DNA of 64,000 nt, taken from NCBI GenBank assembly GCA_963804955.1, contig CAWDSQ010000013.1, forward strand, positions 83,692 to 147,691, written 5' to 3'. The first letter of the stretch is position 1. Every line of letters starts with the position of its first letter. The notes below the pieces were generated by a model, which did not search any database, was not told the origin of the DNA, and saw only the letters and a program-made list of their open reading frames with translations. Made by a program: the position numbers and the translations under genes. Below, one piece after another: positions 53,696 through 62,622 of the stretch. This DNA is from an uncultured delta proteobacterium (GTDB lineage: Bacteria > Desulfobacterota > WTBG01 > CAIYCZ01 > CAIRTM01).

Positions 53696-55021
53696 TTATT
53701 GTATCATAAAATCGGCGCACCGGATGTCAGGGCTGCTGCCGTAGATGATAACATTCACTTGCGTATCACCTTTTTCCACCTTAAACGGATTGAACACGTA
53801 CAAGCCGATAATAATTCTTGAACCGAGCTTTACGCTGGCGAGACAGCGTATGAAATCAGAATTGAATGCGACCGAGTAGGTCCCGAACTCAATGCCGCTT
53901 TCTTTGTCTGCACGGATAATGAACGGGATAACATGAGCAAAAAATATTCCCCTGCTGAAAATCTGTTTGGGTATGATCTGCAGGGAGCATGGAGCCGCTT
54001 CGCATCCTTCATGAGTTGTCCAGTCAGTGTCGTCGCAGTCAACCGGCGTACAGCCTTCGCCCACAAAGTACCCATCGCCGTCTGTATCAGTACAATTGTC
54101 CCGGGGCCCGCATTGCCCGGCACGCACGGCGCGAACATAGAGCGCGTCCACGGAAGAAAAACCCCCTATATCTCCGGAGTTGAAACCAACAAACCACCAG
54201 AGATCTCCACCGGCATAGTCGATGGCCACTTTGGTCGAAGTCCAGTACTCGGACGAAGAAGTGTCAGGGAAGTAGGCCGTATCGATAGCAGGGTTAAAAC
54301 GGGCATAGTCGACAATCGACTGCAACTCATTCTTCGTGGGTAACCGCCAGCCTGTTTTGCCCCCGATACTTAGTTTTTCACAGTATGACTTTGCCTTTGC
54401 CAAGGTCACGGTTCCGGCACCTTGTGCCTTTTCCCATTCAAGGCCGCTGGCGGCATCGGTTATCGTACCGTCCCCATTATCTATAAACCTGTTGGCAAAC
54501 TGCTCGCCGCGAACTGCACGAACATAAAAAGAGTTTGTTGTTGTAGTGTCATAATCGACTACACCGTAGGAAAAATCCACGGTCCAGGCCTGCCCCGGGT
54601 CGCCAGAGTACGGAGTCGACGACCAGTAATAGTCGGCCGCAGTTTCGGGGAAATAGGTCATATCAATGATCGGGTTGATCTGGCCTGAAAACGTAACACC
54701 GCTGTCGACAAGCATTGATAATTCTTTTATTGTCGGCAGGCGCCAGTCGTTGTAGCCGCCCAGGGCGAGATTTCCGCAGTAGTCGCCAGCCTCCTTAAAG
54801 TCGTATTTGCCATCACGTATTCCCGGCGCCGTTGCCTGCTGCCATAAAAGACCGGTAACATTATCCCGTATAACACCATTGCCCAGATCCGTGTACGAAT
54901 GAGGGTTGCAGGTAAAATCAGATGATTGTCCCGTGTCGGGCACCAGGCCGGCAAAGGCGGCAGAGCCGCATACCAACAGCGTGCACATGGACAGAGTGAA
55001 TATTAATTTACTGAACTGCAT
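53696..55021 (-). CDS. Secreted protein with two DUF1566 (Lcl, CLec-fold) domains and the same C-terminal domain as 50723..52852
   Basis: PDTGQ, D..TGL.W, WRLPT..EL, YWSST, YVRAVR (twice). Confidence 0.88.
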   Translation of the reverse strand: MQFSKLIFTLSMCTLLVCGSAAFAGLVPDTGQSSDFTCNPHSYTDLGNGVIRDNVTGLLWQQATAPGIRDGKYDFKEAGDYCGNLALGGYNDWRLPTIKELSMLVDSGVTFSGQINPIIDMTYFPETAADYYWSSTPYSGDPGQAWTVDFSYGVVDYDTTTTNSFYVRAVRGEQFANRFIDNGDGTITDAASGLEWEKAQGAGTVTLAKAKSYCEKLSIGGKTGWRLPTKNELQSIVDYARFNPAIDTAYFPDTSSSEYWTSTKVAIDYAGGDLWWFVGFNSGDIGGFSSVDALYVRAVRAGQCGPRDNCTDTDGDGYFVGEGCTPVDCDDTDWTTHEGCEAAPCSLQIIPKQIFSRGIFFAHVIPFIIRADKESGIEFGTYSVAFNSDFIRCLASVKLGSRIIIGLYVFNPFKVEKGDTQVNVIIYGSSPDIRCADFMIQ

Positions 55022-55221
55022 GCAACACCCTATAAAAATACTCTGTGAACCATTCTTACAGGTATAGGCACAAGATCACGTATGTCAATAGAAATTGCCG
55101 GGAAACGTATCGGGCCAGACCGGCTAGGATAAGGGCAGCGTCAGGGGGTCAGACTATTGCTACAAGGGGCAGGCGCTCTATCTGCACTCAATGCTGATGA
55201 AAAAAATTGACCGTTAAGCCT

Positions 55222-56346
55222 TTAATCAGCTTCGCGCACTAATCGCATGCCGACCAGAGTGTAGCGCGTATCCGGCATATTCCAGTTGCGGTATGATGAC
55301 CGTGCGTAAAAAGGCCAGGTATGCCACGACCCGCCGCGGCGCACCCGCACTTTACCGGTTGCGGGACCCGGCGGATCATCAACGGGCGACTGCGCATAGT
55401 ACGTATCGGCATGCCAGTCAGCACACCATTCCCAGACATTGCCGTGCATATCGTACAGGCCCCAGGCATTCGGGGCAAAGCTGCCGGCGGGAGCCGTAAA
55501 CTCAAACCCGTCATGCCCGGCAAGGGCATACTGCTGCCACTGCAGCCAGTTCTTCCCGGTATCGGCATCAAAAACATTGGCAGCTTTCAGCAGCGTGGAT
55601 GGATCATCGCCGCTGTGATAGCGCGTTCGGACGCCGGCACGGCAGGCATATTCCCACTCGGCTTCGGTGGGCAGCCGGTATTTTTTTCCCTCTTTCCTGC
55701 TCAGCCATGCGGACATCGCCACTGCATCATGCCAGGTCACATTTACCACCGGATCATGATCTGCCTGTTTAAATCCCGGATTCCGCCACGAATACTTCGG
55801 GCTGCGCCCTTCGAAGGCATCCCCGCGTTTGGATTTTTTCGAATCATAGTCGCGGTTATAGCCATAACCGCCGGTACCGTCTGCCACTGATTCGGGCGTG
55901 TAGCCGGACCACTCAAGAAATTTTTTGAACTGGCCGACGGTCACTTCATATTGACCCAGGTAGAACGGCCTCGTGATGCGGACTTTATGCACGGGCGCCT
56001 CGTCCCCGAGCAGGAGAAAGCGCTCGCGGTCGTACTGCGGAAAGGCTTTAGCAAGCTCCTCAGGCGACTCGTCGCTGCCCATCAAAAATTCACCGGCAGG
56101 CACCAAAACGAGTTTCATGCCCAGGGAATTTTCAATATGCCCGGGCAATCCGGCTTGTGAGACTGTTGGCCTTACCGAAAAGAACAACAGGGCTGTAATA
56201 AGACACATCACTATTTTTGTCAGCATACAAAATCTCTGTCTTGCGTTAGCAGAGAATAAGGGGCCGAATTGTATTCCATGGTGCGTCCATCCGCGCGAAG
56301 CATGATACTGGAAGGCGGAACCGCTTGAGGTTCCGCCTATTTTCAT
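55222..56346 (-). CDS. FGE-sulfatase (SUMF1/EgtB/PvdO) domain protein; true start probably near 56226
   Basis: FLMGS, EVTVGQF, PVVNVTW.DA, RLPTEAEWEYACR, DMHGNVWEW, RGGSW. Confidence 0.9.
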   Translation of the reverse strand: MKIGGTSSGSAFQYHASRGWTHHGIQFGPLFSANARQRFCMLTKIVMCLITALLFFSVRPTVSQAGLPGHIENSLGMKLVLVPAGEFLMGSDESPEELAKAFPQYDRERFLLLGDEAPVHKVRITRPFYLGQYEVTVGQFKKFLEWSGYTPESVADGTGGYGYNRDYDSKKSKRGDAFEGRSPKYSWRNPGFKQADHDPVVNVTWHDAVAMSAWLSRKEGKKYRLPTEAEWEYACRAGVRTRYHSGDDPSTLLKAANVFDADTGKNWLQWQQYALAGHDGFEFTAPAGSFAPNAWGLYDMHGNVWEWCADWHADTYYAQSPVDDPPGPATGKVRVRRGGSWHTWPFYARSSYRNWNMPDTRYTLVGMRLVREAD

Positions 56347-56377
56347 ACACTACCTGCAGAGCTCATCAGGTCGCCGT

Positions 56378-57012
56378 TTACATAAGCCCGATGAACTCGA
56401 GAAAAAGACTCATAAAATCGGAAGAGGTCAACGGCCGCTTGCAAAACACGAGATTCATTACGGAGGTTGTAAATCCGAATGTTCTATAAGCCTTCTGTTT
56501 CTGCACAAGAGTGGTATTGTCGGTTGCGGGATCAGTATCTCCATCGACAACACATATCTGGTACCCCGATGTCGCGGAGAGTATATCGGATATAATACTG
56601 CTGAGATTTATAAATATGCACAGCGGCGTTCCGCCGCTGGAAACAATTCCCTGCATGCTCGAAAGCGATCCGCTCAGAGAAACGGCAAGGGGTAAAAGGC
56701 AGCTGGGGTCAATCGCGGCGGCCTGGAAAAACTGCGCCTCTCCGGCATACTGCTCCACCGCAAACCCCATTGCCTCAACATCCTTGTTTTTCAGCGCATC
56801 CTCGAGAGCGTCAAGCAGCACATAGGTGCTGGTTACCAAAGGCGCCAACTCCGGCTGCTGGTCTGCAACCTGCAAATCGAAACGAAGCGATGCGGCAAGG
56901 TTGCGCGCCACTGCCTGATTAAGCGCCGACGGAGCAGCCTGGGCCACTGAGGCAACCATGCAAAAAATCATGCTCCATGCAAGCACTAAAAGAGCTGTTC
57001 TTTTGTCTTCAT
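56378..57012 (-). CDS. Secreted hypothetical protein (frameshift near start)
   Basis: Signal peptide ending AQA, RBS GGAGG before ATG 57012, four Cys in the mature part. Confidence 0.65.
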
Positions 57013-57319
57013 GACATCCTCCCTGTTTGAAAAAATAAATAGTGAGTGCGAATCTTGCTGGCGCACCGATTGTTGCAAACAGTCAACAGGTGCAGTATAT
57101 GCACCCATTGCAGCCCGTAGATTATATAAGTAAATTTGCAAAAGCAAGGGAAGTTTTATTATTGATCCGACCGCCATGGCTGTCAGCTAAAAGGCATCAC
57201 CAGGATACGCCGCAGTATAAGCAAACCCTGCACGTCATGTATGCGGTGACCAATAACCCCTTATGTAAACACGCCACGATGAACATGGTTGCAGCCTTTT
57301 TTTAAAAACACTTAGAAGC

Positions 57320-57430
57320 CAACAACCACCGCATAGCGGGTAGCTTAATGTAGCCCTGAAAGGGCGTAAGCTGAAACACGCCGTGTTCGAGCTGCCTTCT
57401 TCATAAACCAATCGCCACAGGCGATGGGAT
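57320..57430. mobile_element. IS200/IS605-derived non-autonomous element, copy 2
   Basis: aaccaccgcatagcgggtag, gccctgaaagggc, atcgccacaggcgat. Homologous to 40132-40245. Confidence 0.65.
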
Positions 57431-58257
57431 TATGCCGGGGCGCAGCGGCCAAGGGCAAGAAGATAAATCTCGCGTGATGACACCGGGATGGCCCTTTCGC
57501 GGGCTACCTGTTCGGCGAGGGGGGCTGTCCTGCCTATCAGCTCCACGCCGTTTTCTCTATCAATGAAAATTTCCGCAAGTGACTGAACCGTATGGGCACA
57601 CCACAGGCCATGCAGCTGCTTTTTGGCATCCTCAGCAAGCTTAAACTCTTTCTCCACCTGCGCCTCGCACTGCCGGGCAAAATCGGGGCTGCACAGCAGG
57701 CAAGCCGCGGCATGGCTCATGCCGAGCGTTTTCACTTCCGGCAGATGCTCAGGCAATTTTTTATATTCAAAGTTCCCTGCAAGATCGGCGAATGCATTGC
57801 TCACGATAACGGGGGTTACTCCCTTAATGCCTGCCTTTCGAGTCAGCTCTTCGGCAATGCTGTTGGATTTTCTGCGCGTGGTTGCATACGGCACGGTGCC
57901 GTCTGAGAGGGATGAGCTCAGCACAAACAGCGCATGGCAGCACCAGTGGATCGATGAGCTTTCCGAAAATTCATCATGATACACGCCGCTCAGATCAGCT
58001 CGTTTGCGGCAGGCCTCTGAAAGCCTCGCCGGGCAGTAGCCGCACATCTTCACATAATCGTTTGAGTACTTGGGTACCCCGAGTGCTGCTCGTCGGGGCT
58101 GAGCTGTCGCCGTAGCGCTTGAAAAATCTCTTCTGCTCATGGAATTTCTGAACTGTTCAAAGCAGGATGTTGAGCAGAAGACAAGTTCTTTCAACTCGAT
58201 GTATTTCATGACAAGGTCTTTGCCGCACTGATGGCACAGTATTTCATCATCTGACAT
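57430..58257 (-). CDS. Cys-rich hypothetical metal-binding protein, last gene of the cop operon
   Basis: N-terminal CxxC-x16-CxxxC, then two copies of Cx2Cx7Cx21WCxH. Confidence 0.75.
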   Translation of the reverse strand: MSDDEILCHQCGKDLVMKYIELKELVFCSTSCFEQFRNSMSRRDFSSATATAQPRRAALGVPKYSNDYVKMCGYCPARLSEACRKRADLSGVYHDEFSESSSIHWCCHALFVLSSSLSDGTVPYATTRRKSNSIAEELTRKAGIKGVTPVIVSNAFADLAGNFEYKKLPEHLPEVKTLGMSHAAACLLCSPDFARQCEAQVEKEFKLAEDAKKQLHGLWCAHTVQSLAEIFIDRENGVELIGRTAPLAEQVARERAIPVSSREIYLLALGRCAPA

Positions 58258-58278
58258 GACGGGCGCTCCTTTTGAAAA

Positions 58279-60746
58279 TTATGTAAGTTTATTTTCAAAA
58301 CGCTTCAGCAGCAGTGAGTTCTGTGACAACGGTAATCGATGAGAACCACATTGCTATGCATGCCCACTCGGGCTTGAGCACCAGACCGTTAACCGGATAC
58401 AGCAGGCCCGCGGCAACGGGGATCATCAGAATATTGTAAAATAATGCCCAGAAGAAATTTATCTTGATTGTCCTGATGTTTTGCGGCCAAGGCGGATGGC
58501 GAATCACATCCATGAGGCTGCTTTTCACCAGCACCACATCGCCCGTCTTCTTTGCCACATCCGCACCCGTTGATGGCAATGCCGATGTCGGCCTGCGCCA
58601 GGGCCGGCGCGTCGTTGATGCCGTCGCCCACCATGCCTGACCTTCACGCCCTGCTTCTGCCACTTCTTCACTATAGTAATTTTATCCTCCGGCAAAACCT
58701 CTGCAGACACCTCATCGATACCCACTGCCTTTGCCACGGCATGGCCGCCGCATGGTTGTTGCCGGAATAAGGCCGTCCGGATGCCCATGCGGTGGAGCCT
58801 TTTAATGGCGGCGGCAGATCGTCCTTGACGGTATCGGAAAGAGCGAGCACGCCGACAACGTCGTCATTGCGCGATATGAACATAAGCGTGAGACCTGTCT
58901 GTAAGCAAGCTTCCGCGCAAGGGCTTCGGCATCGGGCGGAAGCGCGCCGCCGCTGTAGACAAAAGAAAGTTTGCCCACCCTGATAGTATCGCCTTCAAGC
59001 GAGCACTGAATGCCCGATCCGCTGGTTTCGCTGGCGTCTTCTCCTTTTTTGAATGATACGCCAAGTTCTTTTACCTTGCGCAGCACGGCCTCGGCAAGGG
59101 GATGGGTTGACTGTCCTCGGCGCTTGCAGCCATTGCAAGCAGGTCGAGTGTCGAGCCGTTGGGTGCGGGATAGATACCCACAACTTCCGGCTGCCCCCTG
59201 GTTATGGTGCCTGTCTTGTCAAACAGTATCACATCCAGCCGTGCGATATTCTCAAGCACCGATGCCCGCTTAACAGCATGCCCGGCTTAGGCCCACCCCG
59301 CTGCCTACCATAATGGCTGTGGGCGTGGCAAGCCCCAGAGCGCAGGGCACGCAGTAACAAGCACGGCGATCATCAGCTGGAAGGCAAACAGAACCCGGTT
59401 GCTGGGGGAGGCTCGATGGGGAGCAGGCATACCAGAGAAAGAACGTGATAAGCGCCACTCCGGCAACAATCGGGACGAAAACAAGTTCGAGTACCATATC
59501 TGCAAGCCGCTGGATAGGGGCTTTGTCGGCCTGGGCGTCTTCAACCATTCTGACTATCTGCGACAGAAGCGTGTCCGAACCCACGCGGCTGGTCCGAACC
59601 GTAATGGCGCCGGACTTGTTGATGGTGGCTCCGGTGACTTGGCTGCCAACCGGCTTCTCAGCAGGCATCGATTCACCCGTTATCATAGACTCGTCAACGC
59701 TGTCTGCCCCTGCGACGTTATCTTCACCGTCATGGGAGATCTTCTCTCCCGGCCGCACAAGCACCAGATCGCCGACTCTGACCGATGTTGCAGGCGCCAT
59801 ATCCTCCCTGCCGTTTACCAGCACGCGGGCCTTGTCGGCCTGCAGCGACAGGAGCTTTTCAAGCGCCTGCCCGGTTTTGCCCTTAGCCGGGCTTCAAGCA
59901 TTTTCCCGAGCAGAATAAACGTAATGAGCATGGACGAGCTGTCGAAAAAGCATGGGCATGAGGATCCAGTACAAACAGCGATATGACGCTGTAGCCATAG
60001 GCCGCTGTTATGCCCAGAGCGATAAGCACATCCATGTTGGCGGCATAGTTTTTCAGCGAGTGGGAGTCGCCTCATAAAAGCGTCGGCCCGAAACGATCTG
60101 CACGAGCGTTGCAAGAGCAAACATTGCATAGTTGGTGCCCACATGGCCGAAGGGCATGGTGTACATGAACACGACCAGCGGCACGGTCAGGCTGAGGGCG
60201 AATAGAAAGCGGAACTTCTCCGCGCGCGGAGTTGCACCATTCTGGCCAGCATGTCGGTGAGGCATCGTACCCGGCATCACGCACCTGGCGTAGTATCCGG
60301 CGGGGGATCGACGGGACGTGTTCAACGGTGAGCTTTTCGATGGCAAGTCTGACAGTTGCCCGCGAAATGCCGGGGAATCCGCGGAAGCTCTTCTCGATAG
60401 CAGCTGAGCAGTTCACGCATGACATGCCTTGAATGGCAAAATGGGAAATAACGGTATCTGCGGCAGGAGTATTGGCCCCGGCTTTTATCGAGAGGGGCAC
60501 AGGCGCTTCAGGGAATAAAGCCTCCGGCTGCAGCAGGCCCCCAAGGCTGTAGCCTTCCTCAATAATAGCCTCCTGGAATTTTTCAAGGCTTGCTGCCTCA
60601 TCGTCGAAGGTCACGGTAGCGCTGTTGGCCTCGATCAAAACCTGTACGCCCTGAACGCCGTCAATGTCCTGCAGAGCCAGGGTAACGGCTTTCACGCAGT
60701 GCTCACACATCATGCCGTAGACGGGTATGGTTTCGGTTTGAATCAT
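58279..60746 (-). CDS. copA: Copper-translocating P1B-type ATPase (many frameshifts)
   Basis: Two HMA domains GMMCEHC and [43 protein letters not shown]...IP, M..SS. Confidence 0.92.
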
Positions 60747-60754
60747 AGTATTAA

Positions 60755-60880
60755 ATGAATAGAATTCACAAGCCAGTCGTCAGAATTCAAAAAATGCTTG
60801 TGCTGAAGCCAACAGCCGGAATCGGGAGATTTATTTTTAAGTTTTCTTCTTGCTCCTGGCTTCTGTATTCTGGCTTCTCC
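60755..60880. repeat. 7-bp-period repeats in inverted arrangement in the copZ-copA spacer
   Basis: agaattc-acaagcc-agtcgtc-agaattc ... ctggctt-ctgtatt-ctggctt-ct. Confidence 0.6.
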
Positions 60881-60885
60881 TCCAA

Positions 60886-61101
60886 TCATCCCTTCTCCGC
60901 TGCTGTAAAGCCGAAATCATTTCACGGCTTTCACCTGATGTCGGGTACATTGGCAACAGCCGGATCAAAAATAAATAAAGCCTCTTTGTTTTCAAGGCTC
61001 ACCTGAACGCCCGATACACCAGGGCCTTTTTCGATTATTTTCGTGACGCGCTTGACGCAGTGCTGGCAGGTCATGCCCTCAACCCTCAGTCTCTTTTCCA
61101 T
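60886..61101 (-). CDS. copZ: Copper chaperone CopZ (frameshift near C-terminus; not in ORF track)
   Basis: MEKRLRVEGMTCQHCVKRV...GVSGVQVSLE read directly from the minus strand. Confidence 0.85.
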
Positions 61102-61119
61102 CGAGTGCCCTTTCCGCTT

Positions 61120-61398
61120 CTATTTTCTGTTTGAAATTTTAAACACCGCATCGATCAGCTCGTCAATCATTTTTCTGCCCCCTGCCCTGCACAATAGAGC
61201 TGCTCACGCAGCTCTCCACATGGCGCTTCATAACAATGCCGCGCCACGCCGCCGACGCGCTTTTTCCGCTGCGGCAAGCTGGTTTATAATGTCGATGCAG
61301 TATTTTTCATCCTCCACCATCTTCATGATGCCCCGAACCTGTCCCTCGACACGCCTGAGCCTCGTGAGCGCCTCCTTTTTAACCACTTGATTTATCAG
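61120..61398 (-). CDS. csoR: CsoR-family copper-sensing repressor (frameshifted)
   Basis: [29 protein letters not shown]. HxxxC and IDELID in shifted frames. Confidence 0.88.
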
Positions 61399-61419
61399 GG
61401 TATTTATCTCCCCGCCCCC

Positions 61420-61480
61420 TTGACAGACCATACCCCCCAGGGTATATTATTAAAGTAAACTAAAAATATTCCGATGTCAA
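61420..61480. promoter_or_regulatory. Overlapping opposite-strand sigma70 promoters with CsoR operator
   Basis: + strand TTGACA-N17-TATATT (61420-61448). - strand TTGACA-N17-TACTTT (61480-61452). Operator ATACCCCCCAGGGTAT at 61430-61445. Confidence 0.8.
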
Positions 61481-61487
61481 GATTACG

Positions 61488-61908
61488 ATGAATACCCGCA
61501 GCATCCAAACCATAGTACTTGCTGCCGCGCTGGCAATGCTGGCACACTTCTTCCAGCCGGCCGGCGCGCTGGCAATGCGTACGCCATGCTGCTGCACAGG
61601 TGTATGCTTGCACGTGCTGCTGCTGCTCGTCCCGCGGCAGGCGCCGGACTCTTCGGAGGCCCTGTTCTTACAGGCAGCTTCTTCAGCCGGCGACTGTTCC
61701 TGCAGCAGCGGCCCCAACCCCTACGGCAGGGATAGCGCCGCCTGCTCCATTGCTGCAGAGCTCAAAAAAGAAACGGCACCTACAGCATAATGCCCCCCTC
61801 GGAGCAGCCCCGGCAGCGCCTCTTTGCAGCACCCTGGCGACTGCCGACAAACCACCTCCCCGCACGGGCAAACACCTCTATCTTCTCCACAGGTCCCTCC
61901 TTATTTAA
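61488..61908 (+). CDS. Small exported Cys-rich protein (frameshifted)
   Basis: Signal peptide, CCC/CxC clusters, tail KPPPR...HLYLLHRSLLI. Confidence 0.55.
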
Positions 61909-62152
61909 GGATAAAAAACTTACCCTTTTATCCTTTTGTGGTATTTTTTCAACAAAAATTTAAACCGGAATAAATCTGGTTGCTTCGTCATATTAGCCTT
62001 AAGTGCTGGATGGCTCCACGCAGCTTGAAAAATGCCCGCAGCAAACTGGTGCATTATTTTTAATATCGCTGTATGCAGAACCTGCGTGAGTCAGTGAAAA
62101 CACATTCGAACCGGTGCGGTTGCTGCCGCTCACGGTCATTACGGGAGGGCAC

Positions 62153-62606
62153 ATGCAACTAAAAAGATTTAACATTCTCATCACGGGCATCATGCTTGCC
62201 GGAATAATGCTCCAGGCAGACATCGCCTGCGCTCAGGACAATGCAACAAACACGGTGCGGGGCAAAAGGTATGTATGCTATTTTTATTATCAGGATGGCA
62301 CGCAAAATACCGAGCTGACGTTTAGCTCAAGGGCTTACGTATCGGTTACGGACGGCATGGGCTATGGCCTGTATTTCACAGCGGGCAGTTTTTTTGCAGG
62401 CTATTATCTTGTGCTCAATGCCCCGATGTGGCGCGCTGCGCGACTCATCGAAGCACAGGACGGCCTGATTGACACAAGCGATATCCTTACCGTTATGAGC
62501 GGTATAGCCACCGGGGTAACAATTCAGGGAGCCGGGATTACCTGGTACTGATTTCAAGAACGGGCGCCCCTTTACGTTTTTCGGCTACCAGCACCTATCA
62601 CAATAG
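62153..62606 (+). CDS. Exported hypothetical protein (frameshift near C-terminus)
   Basis: RBS GGAGG, signal peptide, aromatic-rich beta-like sequence. Confidence 0.6.
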
Positions 62607-62622
62607 ATCGGCAGGTGAGCCC

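Noticed and set aside
52883..56346. Complete diversity-generating retroelement (RT remnant next to CLec-fold genes)
   Set aside because: The RT fragment is a group IIC maturase with intron DV/DVI. No TR/VR pair or avd gene is visible.
60050..60320. Programmed ribosomal frameshift releasing a CopZ-like chaperone from copA
   Set aside because: Indels occur all along copA, no clear slippery site is visible, and a separate copZ gene exists.
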